This document shows positions 1-11,676 of a stretch of DNA of 64,000 nt, in pieces. The stretch spans positions 752,758 through 816,757 of the forward strand of contig JAPDFW010000022.1 of the NCBI GenBank assembly GCA_028826165.1, written 5' to 3'. A model generated the notes under the pieces. That model was given only the letters and a program-made list of their open reading frames with translations, searched no databases and was not told where the DNA came from. Numbering within the stretch: the stretch's first letter is position 1; every line of letters starts with the position of its first letter. Source of the stretch: Anaeramoeba ignava BMAN. Its lineage: Eukaryota; Protista; Anaeramoebae. The translations under genes were made by a program, and so were the position numbers.

Positions 1-650
1 AAATAATTTTATAATTAATTTTATAAATAATTTTATAAATAATTTTATAAATAATTTTATAAATAATTTTATAAATAATTTTATAATTAATTTTATTAAT
101 AATTTTATTTTAAATTTTATATTTAATTTTATAAATAATTTAATAAATAATTTTATATATAATTTTATAATTAATTTTATATTTAATTTTATAAATAATT
201 TTATATTTAATTTTATAAATAATTTAATAAATAATTTTATATATAATTTTATAATTAATTTTTATAATTAATTTTATAATTAATTTTATAATTAATTTTT
301 ATAAATAATTTTATAAATAATTTTATAAATAATTTTATAAATAATTTTATAAATAATTTTATAATTAATTTTATAATTAATTTTATAATTAATTTTATAT
401 TTAATTTTATATTTAATTTTATAATTAATTTTATAAATAATTTTATAAATAATTTTATTAATAATTTTATAAATAATTTTATAAATAATTTAATAAATAA
501 TTTTATAAATAATTTTATAAATAATTTTATAAATAATTTAATTTTAAATTTTATTAATAATTTAATAAATAATTTTATTTTAAATTTTATATATAATTTT
601 ATAAATAATTTTATAAATAATTTTATTTTAAATTTTATTTTAAATTTAAT
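1..650. repeat. 12-nt tandem repeat (ATAAATAATTTT)n in the Rab intron
   Basis: Visible periodicity; the reverse complement is the same unit as at 53760-55825. Confidence 0.9.
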
Positions 651-656
651 AAATAC

Positions 657-729
657 CAACACCACTATCTCCAATTAAAACAATTTTAACAGAATCTAAA
701 GATTCTTCATTTAATAATCTATCTCCCAT
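657..729 (-). CDS. Rab/Ras-family small GTPase, exon 1 (gene continues beyond the window start)
   Basis: ATG at 729 (minus) gives MGDRLLNEESLDSVKIVLIGDSGV-G, the Rab-type P-loop KIVLIGDSGVG(K); GT donor at 656-655. Not in the ORF track. Confidence 0.85.
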
Positions 730-839
730 TTTTAAGAATGTAAAAAGAAAAAAATGAAAAAAAAAAAAGCAAAAAAAAAAACTTTTTCCTTAATTTTTTT
801 TTTAATTTTTTAAATTTTTATTTTTTTTTTATTCCTAAA

Positions 840-3639
840 ATGGCTGATGAAGAATATCAAAAATTAATTGAAAAACCGAAATACACAAAATTGAATGAAC
901 CAAATGAACCAATTAATTTAGTACAAATACAAGAAGATGATAATGATTCAGATTTCTCACTTGAATCAAATTCAGACAAAGAAAAACAAAAAAAACGAGA
1001 AATAAGTAAGAGTGATTTTGAAATGAACAGCGATCAAGACCGAGAAGATCTCAAGCACATCTTCTACGAAGTAGTTATGATTTTTGACGAACCAAAAGAA
1101 GATCAAGGAAAATGCAAAAAAAAAAAAGCACTTTCTTCAATCCAAAAAATAAAGAAAAAACAGCAGATCATTCTGGATAAAATACTGGAAGCGGGATTGA
1201 AATACCGCGAAAAGATATCACCAAGCAACGCAAATCGGCGGTTTGTTGTAATAGGGACAACTATTGAAAAGCTTGAAGAATGGGGAGAAAAACTTGAAGT
1301 GAAACTACGACTTTCATCAGGAATGGATGAAGGCGAGACAGGCCACATCCGCTGTCAATACACAGAATTCTTCCGAGACCAAAAGGAACATTTCGACGAA
1401 TATGTGGAGGATCCACCTTGCGTATTCCCTTCAGCAACACGTCAGTTTATTCTAACAGAAATTTTGAAAGCAAAACGAGGAGAAGGCGGATGCAAAATTA
1501 ACATTACAAAAAGTCTTCATAGCGGTGTGATAACGGCGTACTTTGGGTTGCATGACCACCAGGAAAGAAACATCCTGTATTCTCAATGGACACAAAAATT
1601 TGGGGATCGTGTGATGTTCCGGCAACCGACAGACAAAATTCGCGATTATTTTGGCGAGAATATTGCGTACTATTTTTCTTATTTGTCTCTTTATTCAAGA
1701 TGGCTGATTGTGCCTTCTATCATCGGAATCATCCTGACTATTCTCAAGTACTCGTCTTCTAGCATCGAAAACAAGTTTGGATATATCAGTCTTATTTATT
1801 GCTTGTTTAACGCACTTTGGGTCACTCTTTTTATCGAATATTGGAAACGTGATTCGATGACAATCGCGTCAAATTGGGATTTACTTGATTATAAGGCATC
1901 CAAAGAAAGCGATCGTCCGCAATTCAAGGGCGAGCTCCGACCGTCTCCAATTATCCCTAATTCCCAGGAATTATACTATCCTTCTTGGAAACGCAAAATC
2001 AAATATTTACTTTCATATTCCATTTCTTTTGGAATGATGGCTTTTGCCGCGTTCTGCTCAATTCGGATCAACTGGGACAAGCTCACGGGAAAGAAGCAAA
2101 GCACAGGCAAGAAATACGGGACTGGAATCGCGACCGGTGTTGTCATCTTTGTGCTCGACTTCATCTATCGGAAACTTGTTGATAAACTCAATGATTATGA
2201 AAATCATCAAACAGAGACATCTTATCAAAACTCGCTCATCATCAAGATATTCATGTTCCAATTCGTCAACTCATTCTCATCCTTATTTGTGATTGCTTTT
2301 GTAAAAAGAGACGGAAAAATGCTCGATTCCCAATTACTTAGTTTGCTCATTACGAGACTTGTCATTCAAAACGGCCAAGAAATATTTATTCCTTGGCTCA
2401 AGGGAAAACTCAAAATGTGCTGCGGTTCAAGCTCAAATGCAACCACTAGCGCTATGCAAGGTGAAACAGAGCGTATCGAAACTCAAACAAAGCAACCTGT
2501 CTATGAAAATACTATTGATGACTACTCTGAATTGATGCTTCAGCTAGGCTATATTTCTTTGTTTTCTGTTTCGATGCCAGTTGTTGTTGCTCTCGCTTAT
2601 ATTAATAATCTTGTTGAACTTAAGGTGGATTCAAAAAAACTTCTTGTTATGCAGCGTCCTATTCCAAGAATTTCAATTGGAATTGGTAGTTGGAGTGATG
2701 TTCTTAGTGCTGTTAGTATTCTTGTTGTTGCTTGTAATGCTGGTAAGTTTCTGAATTCAATCAAATCCAATTTAAATCAATTAATAAAATTTAATAATAA
2801 AATTTAAAATTTAATATTAAAATCAAAATTCATTAATAAAATTAAAATTAAAATTAAATATTAAAATCAAAATTAAAATTAAAATTAAAATTAAAACTAA
2901 AATTTAAAATTTAATATAAAATTAAATTCAAAATTAAAATCAAAATATAAAATTAAAATTCATTTATAAAATTAAAATTAAAATTAAAATTAAAATTAAA
3001 AATTAAAATTAAAATCAAAATTAAAATTAAAATTAAAATTAAAAATAAAATCAAAATCAAAATCAAAATCAAAATCAAAATTAAAATTAAAATCAAAATT
3101 AAAATTAAAATTTAAATTAAAATTAAAATTAAAATTAAAATTTAAATCAAAATCAAAATCAAAATCAAAATCAAAATCAAAATTAAATTCAAATTAAAAT
3201 CAAAATCAAAATTAAAATCAAATTCAAAATTAAAATCAAAATCAAAATCAAAATATAAAATCAAAATCAAAATCAAATTTAAATTAAAATCAAAATCGAA
3301 TATAAAATTAAAATCAAATATAAAATCTAAATCAAAATAATTAAAATCCTTTTAGCTTTAATCACATTCACTTATTCAGATTCTTTTGGAAATATGATTG
3401 GTGATGTTTCTTTATCTACTCGCTTATGGTGGTTTATTGGAATTGAACATATAATTTTCTTCTTCAAATTCGCTTTACAAACAGTGGTTCCTGATGAAAC
3501 AGAAGAAGTCAAAATTGCTCAAGCAAAATTAGAATACGAAAGAGAAAAATACGCTCTAGAAAAACAAAAAGGTGTTTTCGTAGATGATTTTGTTGACAGC
3601 GATTTAGCTGAAGAAAATCAATTAAAAAAAAGAAAATAA
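840..3639 (+). CDS. Anoctamin/TMEM16 family channel or scramblase; exons 840-2742, 3356-3639
   Basis: Motifs QPTDKIRDYFGENIAYYF, FIEYWKR, ENHQTETSYQNSLIIKIFMFQFVN, DDYSELMLQLGY, NNLVELKVD, IEHIIFFFK; a phase-1 GT-AG intron joins the two ORFs in frame. Confidence 0.93.
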
Positions 3640-3879
3640 AAAGGAATCCAATTCTATTCAATTTAATTCAATTTAATTCAATTTGATTCAATTTGATTTG
3701 ATTTCAATTTCTTTCTTTCTTCTTCATTTTTAAAAAATGGATTAGTTGATTTCAATAATTATTTGATTTTTCTTTCTTTCTCTCTTTTTTTGTGTTTTTT
3801 TTGTGTCTTGTTTTGAATTTAAAATTCAATAATAATAAAAAATGAAGAAGTTTTATTAATGTTTTATTTATATTTTCCT

Positions 3880-6702
3880 CTAATTAAATCTCTTTAAAAA
3901 TTGTTGATATTTTTGATTAGTTTCCATCAATAAAATATTTAAATAAGAATTCTTATTTAATTGATAAAAATCATGAGCATCAAAAAGTTGATTTGTTATT
4001 TCTTTAGAAATATGTTTAGAAGAAAAATCATCCAAATAGAAAAACCTAATCAATTCCTCCAAAGCATCAAAAGTTTTCCCACTATAATCACTAACAGATC
4101 CAGAAGAATCATTTACATTCAAAAACATTTCTCGAAATAACTCACTTCTGGCAAGCAAAATAACCTTATGAACCAAAAGCGGTTTCTCTTCAACAAGAAT
4201 TGTAAAGTCTTTTGTTGAATCATCTTGATACAATACTTCCAAGTCTGAGACGAGTTGCGACTTCCCAAATTTCTCAGAGATCCATTTCTGAGAAAATTGC
4301 ATATGTTTAACAAATTTCTTTAAAAATTTCCAAACTAGAGAAAAATTTTCAAGTGGAATTCTTCCTGAATAAATGAATTTGAGAAGAACTAACCCTTCAT
4401 CTTTGCTGTGTTTAATTGCAAAAGTCCTCAAGCGATTTGTAACTTGTTCAAAATATTCAGCGTTTGAAATATTATTAATCAATCGATTCCTCAAGATGAT
4501 TGAATGAACAGAAATTTTCCCATCAAGAAAATCAATTGAAATATCAGTAAACTCTTGCCGAACTAACAAATACTCCATATCTTCTTGGATTGTGCAATAG
4601 CTTTTGAGGATAATTTTGTTTTTGGGATGCGTTATATTCGCAAAAGAATCGATATTTCTCATTGGAAAATAACCTAAAAGAAATTTGAGAAGTTGATGCT
4701 GTTTTGATTTCAATAAACGCTCAGCAAAATCACGAAATTTCGAAATATCAAATGGAACTCCAATTTGGAATAGTTTCTGCAATATGCTTTGATGAATTTT
4801 CTTTATGTATAAAAGGGATTGCAGAAAAGTTTCAGAATTTCCAGGAAAATCAGAAATATCATAACAATCAGAAATCAATAATTCAACCATTTTGGGAAAA
4901 TTAGATGAGTTTGGAATTGAATCAAGAGGGGTTCTTTGGTAATTACTTTTGATGCGAATATCTGCACCAAGACTGATGAGATTTTTCATTTCCTCAAATA
5001 GTGAGTTTTCACAAGCAATATGAAGTGGGGTTTTTCCAAGATTATTTTTTGAATTGATATCTAACCCCTTTTCCAATAGAAATTTGATTGCATCCAACTC
5101 ACAAGGATGCTCCACAAGAAGATGAAGAAGATTATTATGTCCGTATCGGGTAATCTGTGCGAAATCAGTGTTCTCATTTGAGAGAATCCTCAAAATATCA
5201 ACCGAATAAGGTTTTTTACATGCTTTTTGCAAAGCAATTTCTTCTTCAATATTTTTCAAATTCACATCAACTCCTTTCTCAACCATTTTCTTCAGGAAAT
5301 ACTCCTTTTGAGAACAAGAAGATTCCAGAACTTTACACAAAATGGGGTCATTTTGCTGTTTAGAGTGATTAATATCAGGACACTTATCAACCAAATAATC
5401 AAGAATTTCAAACCGAATATTGTGTGATGAAAAAGCGTAATATAATCCACATTCCAATCTTACGCGTTGGAGATGAAGTTGTGATCCATGTTTGAAGAGT
5501 AATTCAATTATTTCAATATCAGGATCATAAGAAAATGTTGTGAATAATGGTGTAAATCCTCCTTGATTAAAAACATTCAATTCTGTTCCGTTTTCCAATA
5601 AAAACTTAAAAATCTCATACAATTCCTTCTTCGGATGCTTGCAGAGAATATGAATAGGAAGCGATTGAGAGATGCTTCTCTTGTTAATCAACTTATTTTT
5701 TAATGAATTTTCTGAAGGAATCATTACAAGAAGTGTTTCGAGATTGGAATTCCCAGATCCACAGAAACCGTGGACACAATTCTTCTGGCGTGAAGTTTCT
5801 TCGAGAACATCAGCTCCATATTTTATGCAAAATTGGATAACTTCTGGGGGTGTATTCGGGTTTTTCGATACAACATAAAGTGGTGTCACAAAATATCTTG
5901 AATAAGTTCTCCATTGTTTTTTCAATTTTCTTTCGTATATCAGCTTGAAAATATAAATAGCAATTATAAAATCCTTCTTAACATTATCCTCTAAATTAAT
6001 ACCAAACTCGCTCTTTTTATTCTGTTTCTCCTCTATGATTTTTTTAAAGGAATTTAAATCCAAATTTGCGATGATTTGATTTTCTTCAATGGTTTTATTC
6101 GTATTATCTTTTTGATTGTTTTGATTTCCAGAATCACTTGATAGAAAATTTGACTCAGATGAATTTTTTTGGATCAATTCAACGATTTTAATTGCCTCAG
6201 AAGTTGGTGGAATGTTGAGTAATTGCAATAATAAAAAAATATCCAATTTTTGTGTTTTTTGGATCATAAAAATCAAAATATCAAATCGGCATCTCATTCC
6301 AATAGCTTTTTGCAAAATAGGCAAAGAAACATTCACTTTGCTTGAAACTATTCTCTTGAGAAGATTCAGAGAACATTTAGCGTTTAAAGCGAATAAAAGG
6401 CAATCTGGAACCAAAGACAGATCTGCTCCAGATGAAATCATTAAATCAGCAATTTTTTCATTAAATCGTTTTTTATTCGAAAGTAAATAATAAATTGGTG
6501 GATTCGAATAATTATCAAGATTGTTGATTGGAACCCCAATTTCAATTAAAAATTTAATTAATTCTGGTTCTGGATTTGTTATTGTACAAGCAATATGTAG
6601 TAAATTTTTGGATTCAAAATTTTTTGATAAAAGAATTTGTTTATCAAGTGATTTTATTTGTGGAAATTGATTTTTAAGAAAATTTCGATCAAAAATTTCC
6701 AT
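3880..6702 (-). CDS. Intronless ankyrin-repeat protein with C-terminal tandem BTB/POZ domains (940 aa)
   Basis: Many ANK motifs (GKTPLHIAC, GFTPLF, NLLHIAC); BTB motifs FTDISI..ISVHSIIL and DFTILVEEKPLLVHKVILLARSELF. Confidence 0.9.
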   Translation of the reverse strand: MEIFDRNFLKNQFPQIKSLDKQILLSKNFESKNLLHIACTITNPEPELIKFLIEIGVPINNLDNYSNPPIYYLLSNKKRFNEKIADLMISSGADLSLVPDCLLFALNAKCSLNLLKRIVSSKVNVSLPILQKAIGMRCRFDILIFMIQKTQKLDIFLLLQLLNIPPTSEAIKIVELIQKNSSESNFLSSDSGNQNNQKDNTNKTIEENQIIANLDLNSFKKIIEEKQNKKSEFGINLEDNVKKDFIIAIYIFKLIYERKLKKQWRTYSRYFVTPLYVVSKNPNTPPEVIQFCIKYGADVLEETSRQKNCVHGFCGSGNSNLETLLVMIPSENSLKNKLINKRSISQSLPIHILCKHPKKELYEIFKFLLENGTELNVFNQGGFTPLFTTFSYDPDIEIIELLFKHGSQLHLQRVRLECGLYYAFSSHNIRFEILDYLVDKCPDINHSKQQNDPILCKVLESSCSQKEYFLKKMVEKGVDVNLKNIEEEIALQKACKKPYSVDILRILSNENTDFAQITRYGHNNLLHLLVEHPCELDAIKFLLEKGLDINSKNNLGKTPLHIACENSLFEEMKNLISLGADIRIKSNYQRTPLDSIPNSSNFPKMVELLISDCYDISDFPGNSETFLQSLLYIKKIHQSILQKLFQIGVPFDISKFRDFAERLLKSKQHQLLKFLLGYFPMRNIDSFANITHPKNKIILKSYCTIQEDMEYLLVRQEFTDISIDFLDGKISVHSIILRNRLINNISNAEYFEQVTNRLRTFAIKHSKDEGLVLLKFIYSGRIPLENFSLVWKFLKKFVKHMQFSQKWISEKFGKSQLVSDLEVLYQDDSTKDFTILVEEKPLLVHKVILLARSELFREMFLNVNDSSGSVSDYSGKTFDALEELIRFFYLDDFSSKHISKEITNQLFDAHDFYQLNKNSYLNILLMETNQKYQQFLKRFN

Positions 6703-6749
6703 TTCAAAATGAAAAATGAAAAAAAAGAAAAATAAAAAAATGAAAAAAA

Positions 6750-7241
6750 ATGATTTTAATTTTGATTTTAATTTTGATTTTGATTTTGATTTTATTTTTA
6801 ATTTTAATTTTAATTTTAATTTTAATTTTAATTTTAATTTTAATTTTAATTTTGATTTTGATTTTGATTTTGATTTTAATTTTGATTTTGATTTAATTTT
6901 AATTTTGATTTTGATTTTGATTTTGATTTTGATTTTAATTTTGATTTTAATTTTGATTTTAATTTTGATTTTGATTTTGATTTTGATTTAGATTTTGATT
7001 TTAATATTAATTTTGATTTTGATTTTAATTTTGATTTTGATTTTAATTTTAATTTTAATTTTAATTTTAATTTTGATTTTAATTTTGATTTTGATTTTAA
7101 TTTAAATTTTAAATTTTAAATTTGATTTTGATTTTAATTTTGATTTTAATTATAATTTTAATTTTGATTTTAATTTTAATTTTAATTTTGATTTTGATTT
7201 TGATTTTGATTTTTATTTTAATTTTGATTTTAATTTTGATT
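6750..7241. repeat. (TTTTGA/TTTTAA)n microsatellite
   Basis: Visible hexamer periodicity. Confidence 0.9.
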
Positions 7242-7547
7242 TTAATTTTTAAATTTGTTAATTAATAAATCAAATAAATTTGGATTTGTTTGATTTAATT
7301 GAAAATAATCAATTCCAGTTTTTATTTCATTAATTATTTCTTGTGTAATTTGAATTTCATCTTTAATTTGATTTGAATAAATCCAATATTCAAATATTTG
7401 AAATGATTTATTACTTAATTCACTTATTAGAAGTATATTCATTTACAGATAAAAGCATTCCTCGATATAATTCACTTCTCATTATTAATATTAATTTAGG
7501 GAATTTATATTGTTTTTCTTTTCTTTCAATTATAAAATCTTTTTCAT
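7242..7547 (-). pseudogene. Orphan 3' fragment of an RCC1-BTB-type gene (last BTB domain only)
   Basis: Near-identical to 11690-12005 (DFIIERKEKQYKFPKLILIMRS...SELSNKSFQIFEYWIYSNQIKD...DYFQLNQTNPNLFDLLINKF) with a frame-disrupting deletion near 7430-7445; the 5' side abuts a tandem repeat. Confidence 0.8.
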
Positions 7548-8110
7548 TAATTTATTTCAAAAATGGAATAAAGAATATTAAATAATTAAATTTGAAATTA
7601 ATTATATTTTATATATTTTATTAATATTTATTTATTTAAAATAATATAAAATTATTCCCAATAATTTAATAAAATAAATAAAATATTTTAATTAATTTAT
7701 TTCAAAAATGGAATAAAGAATATTAAATAATTCAATTTCAAATTAATTTTATTTTATATATTTAATTAATATTTCTTTATTTAAAATAATATAAAACTAT
7801 TCTCAATAATTAAATAAAATAAATAAAATATTTTAATTAATTTATTTCAAAAATGGAATAAAAGAATATTAAATAATTAAATTTAAAATTAATTATATTT
7901 TATATATTTTATTAATATTTCTTTTATTTAAAATAATATAAAACTATTATCAATAATTAAATAAAATAAATAAAATATTTTTATTAATTTATTTCAAAAA
8001 TGGAATTAAGAATATTAAATAATTAAATTTAAAATTAATTTTATTTTATATATTTTATTAATATTTCTTTATTTAAAATAATATAAAACTATTCCCAATA
8101 ATTTAATAAA
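7548..8110. repeat. About 145-bp tandem repeat, about 4 copies
   Basis: TTTATTTCAAAAATGGAAT recurs near 7551, 7696, 7841 and 7988. Confidence 0.85.
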
Positions 8111-8925
8111 ATTGAGAAGAAAAATTGAAATAATTTAATAAAGATAAATATTTAATTTTAATAATATTTAATAATAATTTAATTTAAATTTATTTTATTT
8201 TAATTTGATTTAATGTTTTTATTTATTATTTTAATATTTTTAATTATTTATTATTCCAATTTTAATTATAATAAAATATATTAAAAAGTGGAATAAATAT
8301 TTTAATAAATATAAATATTTAATTTTAATAATAATTAATAATAATTTAATTTAAATTTATTTTAATTTAATTTAATTTAATAATTTTAATTTATTATATT
8401 AATATTTTTAATTATTTATTATTCCAATTTTAATTATAATAAAATATATTAAAAATAAAATTAAAAATTAAAAATTTTTAAATAAATTGAATTTAACATG
8501 ATTGAATAAGATAAACTTTCTAAAAAAATAATTTACTAATTATTCTATTTTTGATTTTGATTATAATTTATTAATATTTAAATATTAATTAATAATAAAT
8601 TTTATTTGATTTTTTTTATTTTAATATTTTAATTAATGAATTTAAATTTAATTATTATTAATTTCTATTTTCAATTTTTATTTTTATTTATTATATTAAA
8701 AATATTCAATTTTTTAAAATTTATTATTTTTTTTTTTTGGATTATTTTTTATTAATTAAATTTTTAATAAATATTTTAAATTAAAATTAAATTATTTAAA
8801 ATTAAATTTGTTTCTTATTTATTGTTTTAAAGAAATTAATTTGATTAAAAGTAAATTAAAATTGAATTAAATTTTGAAAAAAAAATTAAAAAAAAAAGTT
8901 TGATTTTCTTATTATTAATTAATTT

Positions 8926-10506
8926 TTAAATGAAATAAGATTCAACTTCATCAACAACCCATGAAGAATAAGAACCAGCTAAATAACTTTTAGCTTCATT
9001 TGTTCCATAAGTAATTCCATTAGGTAGATTATAACTATAACCAAAATTTGAATAACCAGGTTGTAAATTAGAATTTAAACAAAAATCATATGGATAACCA
9101 CCAAATAATGGACCATAACTTAAATTAGAATAAATTGCACTATTTTGTTTATATGTAAACTTTGCAGGTATTCTATCCCCTTTATCATTTCTTAATGAAA
9201 AAATAAATGCACTTGAGTCATTAATTTTTCCTGTATTTCCATTAAATCCAACTTGAGTAAAACCTCCAAAAATAAAATTATCTTTTGTTTTGATAATAAT
9301 TAATGTTTTTCCTTTCCCATCAACTGCTTTATGCCAATTTTGAGAATTAAATCCATCTCTTTTTGCTGAAAATCCTTTTTTCATTTTAGAAAAAAAATCA
9401 TTATCATTTATCCATTCTTGTAATTTCTTAACATATTCAATATCTTGAACAATTTCTGAATCTGCAAAAATCTTTTGTAATTCCATTTCTTGTTTCATTT
9501 TCTCAACTTCTTTCTCCTTGTTTTCAATTTCCTTCTCTTTGTTTTCAATTTCTTTGTTTTTATCTTCAACTTCTTTCTTCCATTTCTCTTCAATTTCAAT
9601 TTTCATTTGTTGATTTTCTTTCTCTTTGTTTTCAATTTCTTTGTTTTTATCTTCAACTTCTTTCTTCCATTTCTCTTCAATTTCTTTCTCTTTGTTTTCA
9701 ATTTCTTTTTGATTATCTTGAATAACTTTGTTTTGAATATCAACTAAAAAAGATTTAGGAAAAAAATCAAATTGTTTTAATTTATCAAAATCTTGTTTTG
9801 AAATTGAATCTTTATCAAATAATGAAAAAAAAGAATGAAATAATCTTTTCTTTTCAATTCCCTTTTCTTTTTCTTTTTCTTTTTCTTTCTTTCCTTTTAA
9901 TCTTTGATTTCTTTTTTCAATCCAATTATTTAAAAATTGAAAAAAATCAAATTGAAAAATTTCTTTTTTTTCTTGTTTAAATTGAATAAATTTGATAATT
10001 TCTTCTTTAGTTAAATTGAATAAATTTTCATTATTTTGAATTTGGGAAAAATTTTGATTTATTAATTCAAAACATTTTATTTCAATTTCATTTGAATTTA
10101 AATTTCGATTTTGGAATAAAAATTGGAAAAAATTTGAATAATTAATTGAATTTAAAATTTTTTTTTGAATAATTTCTTTCAATAAATTTAATTTAAAATA
10201 AATTGAAATTTCCAATAATTCAATAAAATTTTCTTGATTCTCAAAAGAAATATTTCCATAATAAATATAACTCAAAATTGATTCCATTTCTTTTTATTAA
10301 ATTGATTTAAAAGAAATAGAAAGAGATTCTTGCCTTAATGATTCATTAAAAAGGAGATCTTGAAGATAAAATTGATTTATGAACTTTAATTTCAAAAGGA
10401 TTTGATTTATTCTCAACAAAAATTGAAAAATCTTTAAATGAATTTCCATTTAAAAGGTTTGAATAATTTTTAATTAAATTTTTGTTACTTTTTCTAAATT
10501 TTTCAT
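8926..10506 (-). CDS. BTB - coiled coil - TLDc domain protein; 5' part frameshifted at homopolymers
   Basis: TLDc motifs FSAKRDGFNSQNWHKAVDGKGKTLIIIKTKDNFIFGGFT and GPLFGG. An upstream ATG at 10506 gives MKNLEKS..FKDFSIFVENKSNPFEIKVHKSILSSRSPF (BTB start), broken by indels at about 10290-10352. Confidence 0.8.
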
Positions 10507-10964
10507 TTCATTTTCATTTTGATTTTGATTTGCATTTTTTGAATTTGGTTATTATTATTATTATTATCCATTTTGTTTTTGTTTTTGTTTTTTGTTTTGT
10601 TTTTAAAAAGGAAAAATGAAAAAAAATTTAAATAATAAAAATGAATAAAAAGTGGATTTTGAAAAAATAAATAAAAATATAAAAATGAGAATAAATTTAA
10701 ATTAATAATTAATTTAATTTTCTTTTTAATTTATTATTTTAAATTAATTTATTAATAAATTATTATTATTTTTTATTAATTTTTATTATTAAAAAAAAGG
10801 AAAATTATTTTAATTTAATTTTTAATTTAATTTTTTTTTTGGAATTTAAAAATTATTAATAAATTTAAATTTTAAAACAAATTTCCAAATTAATATTAAT
10901 TCAATTTAATTCAAAAAAAAAGATAAAATTTTAATTTCAAAAATCAATTTTCAAAATATTTTTA

Positions 10965-11610
10965 AACAATAAAATATTTAAATCTAAAAACAATAAATTA
11001 TTATTTTAATAATAAAATTAAATATTAAATTATATTTTTAAATTAATTTATAAATTAAATATTAAATTAAATCTATTCTTAATTTTTATATTTATATGTT
11101 AAATATTTAAATAATAAAATATTTAAATCTAAAACATTAAATTATTATTTTAATAATAAAATTAAATATTAAATTATATTTTTAAATTGTTTTATTAATT
11201 AAATATTAAATTAAATCTATTTTCATTTTTATATTTTATATGTTAAATATTTAAATAATAAAATATTTAAATCTAAAACATTAAATTATTATTTTAATAA
11301 TAGAATTAATTTAGAAATTATATTTTTAAATTAATTTATAAATTAAGTATTAAATTAAATCTATTCTTATTTTTATATTTATATGTTAAATATTTAAATA
11401 ATAAAATATTTAAATCTAAAACAATAAATTATTATTTTAATAATAAAATTAAATATTAAATTATATTTTTAAATTAATTTATAAATTAAATATTAAATTA
11501 AACCTATTCTTATTTTTTATATTTATATGTTAAATATTTAAATAATAAAATATTTAAACCTAAAGCAATAAATTATTATTTTAATAAAAATTAATTTAGA
11601 AATTATATTT
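10965..11610. repeat. About 143-bp tandem repeat, about 4.5 copies
   Basis: AATAAAATATTTAAATCTAAAA recurs about every 143 nt. Confidence 0.85.
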
Positions 11611-11676
11611 TTAAATTTAATTTTGATTTTAATTTTGATTTTAATTTTAATTTTAATTTTAATTTTGATTTTAATT

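Noticed and set aside
255-674. ORFs made of KLFI, NLKRIF, NIL, FINN and similar repeats (also 27956-28577, 43944-44549, 49362-50592, 55484-55846)
   Set aside because: Stop-free frames of intronic or intergenic satellites.
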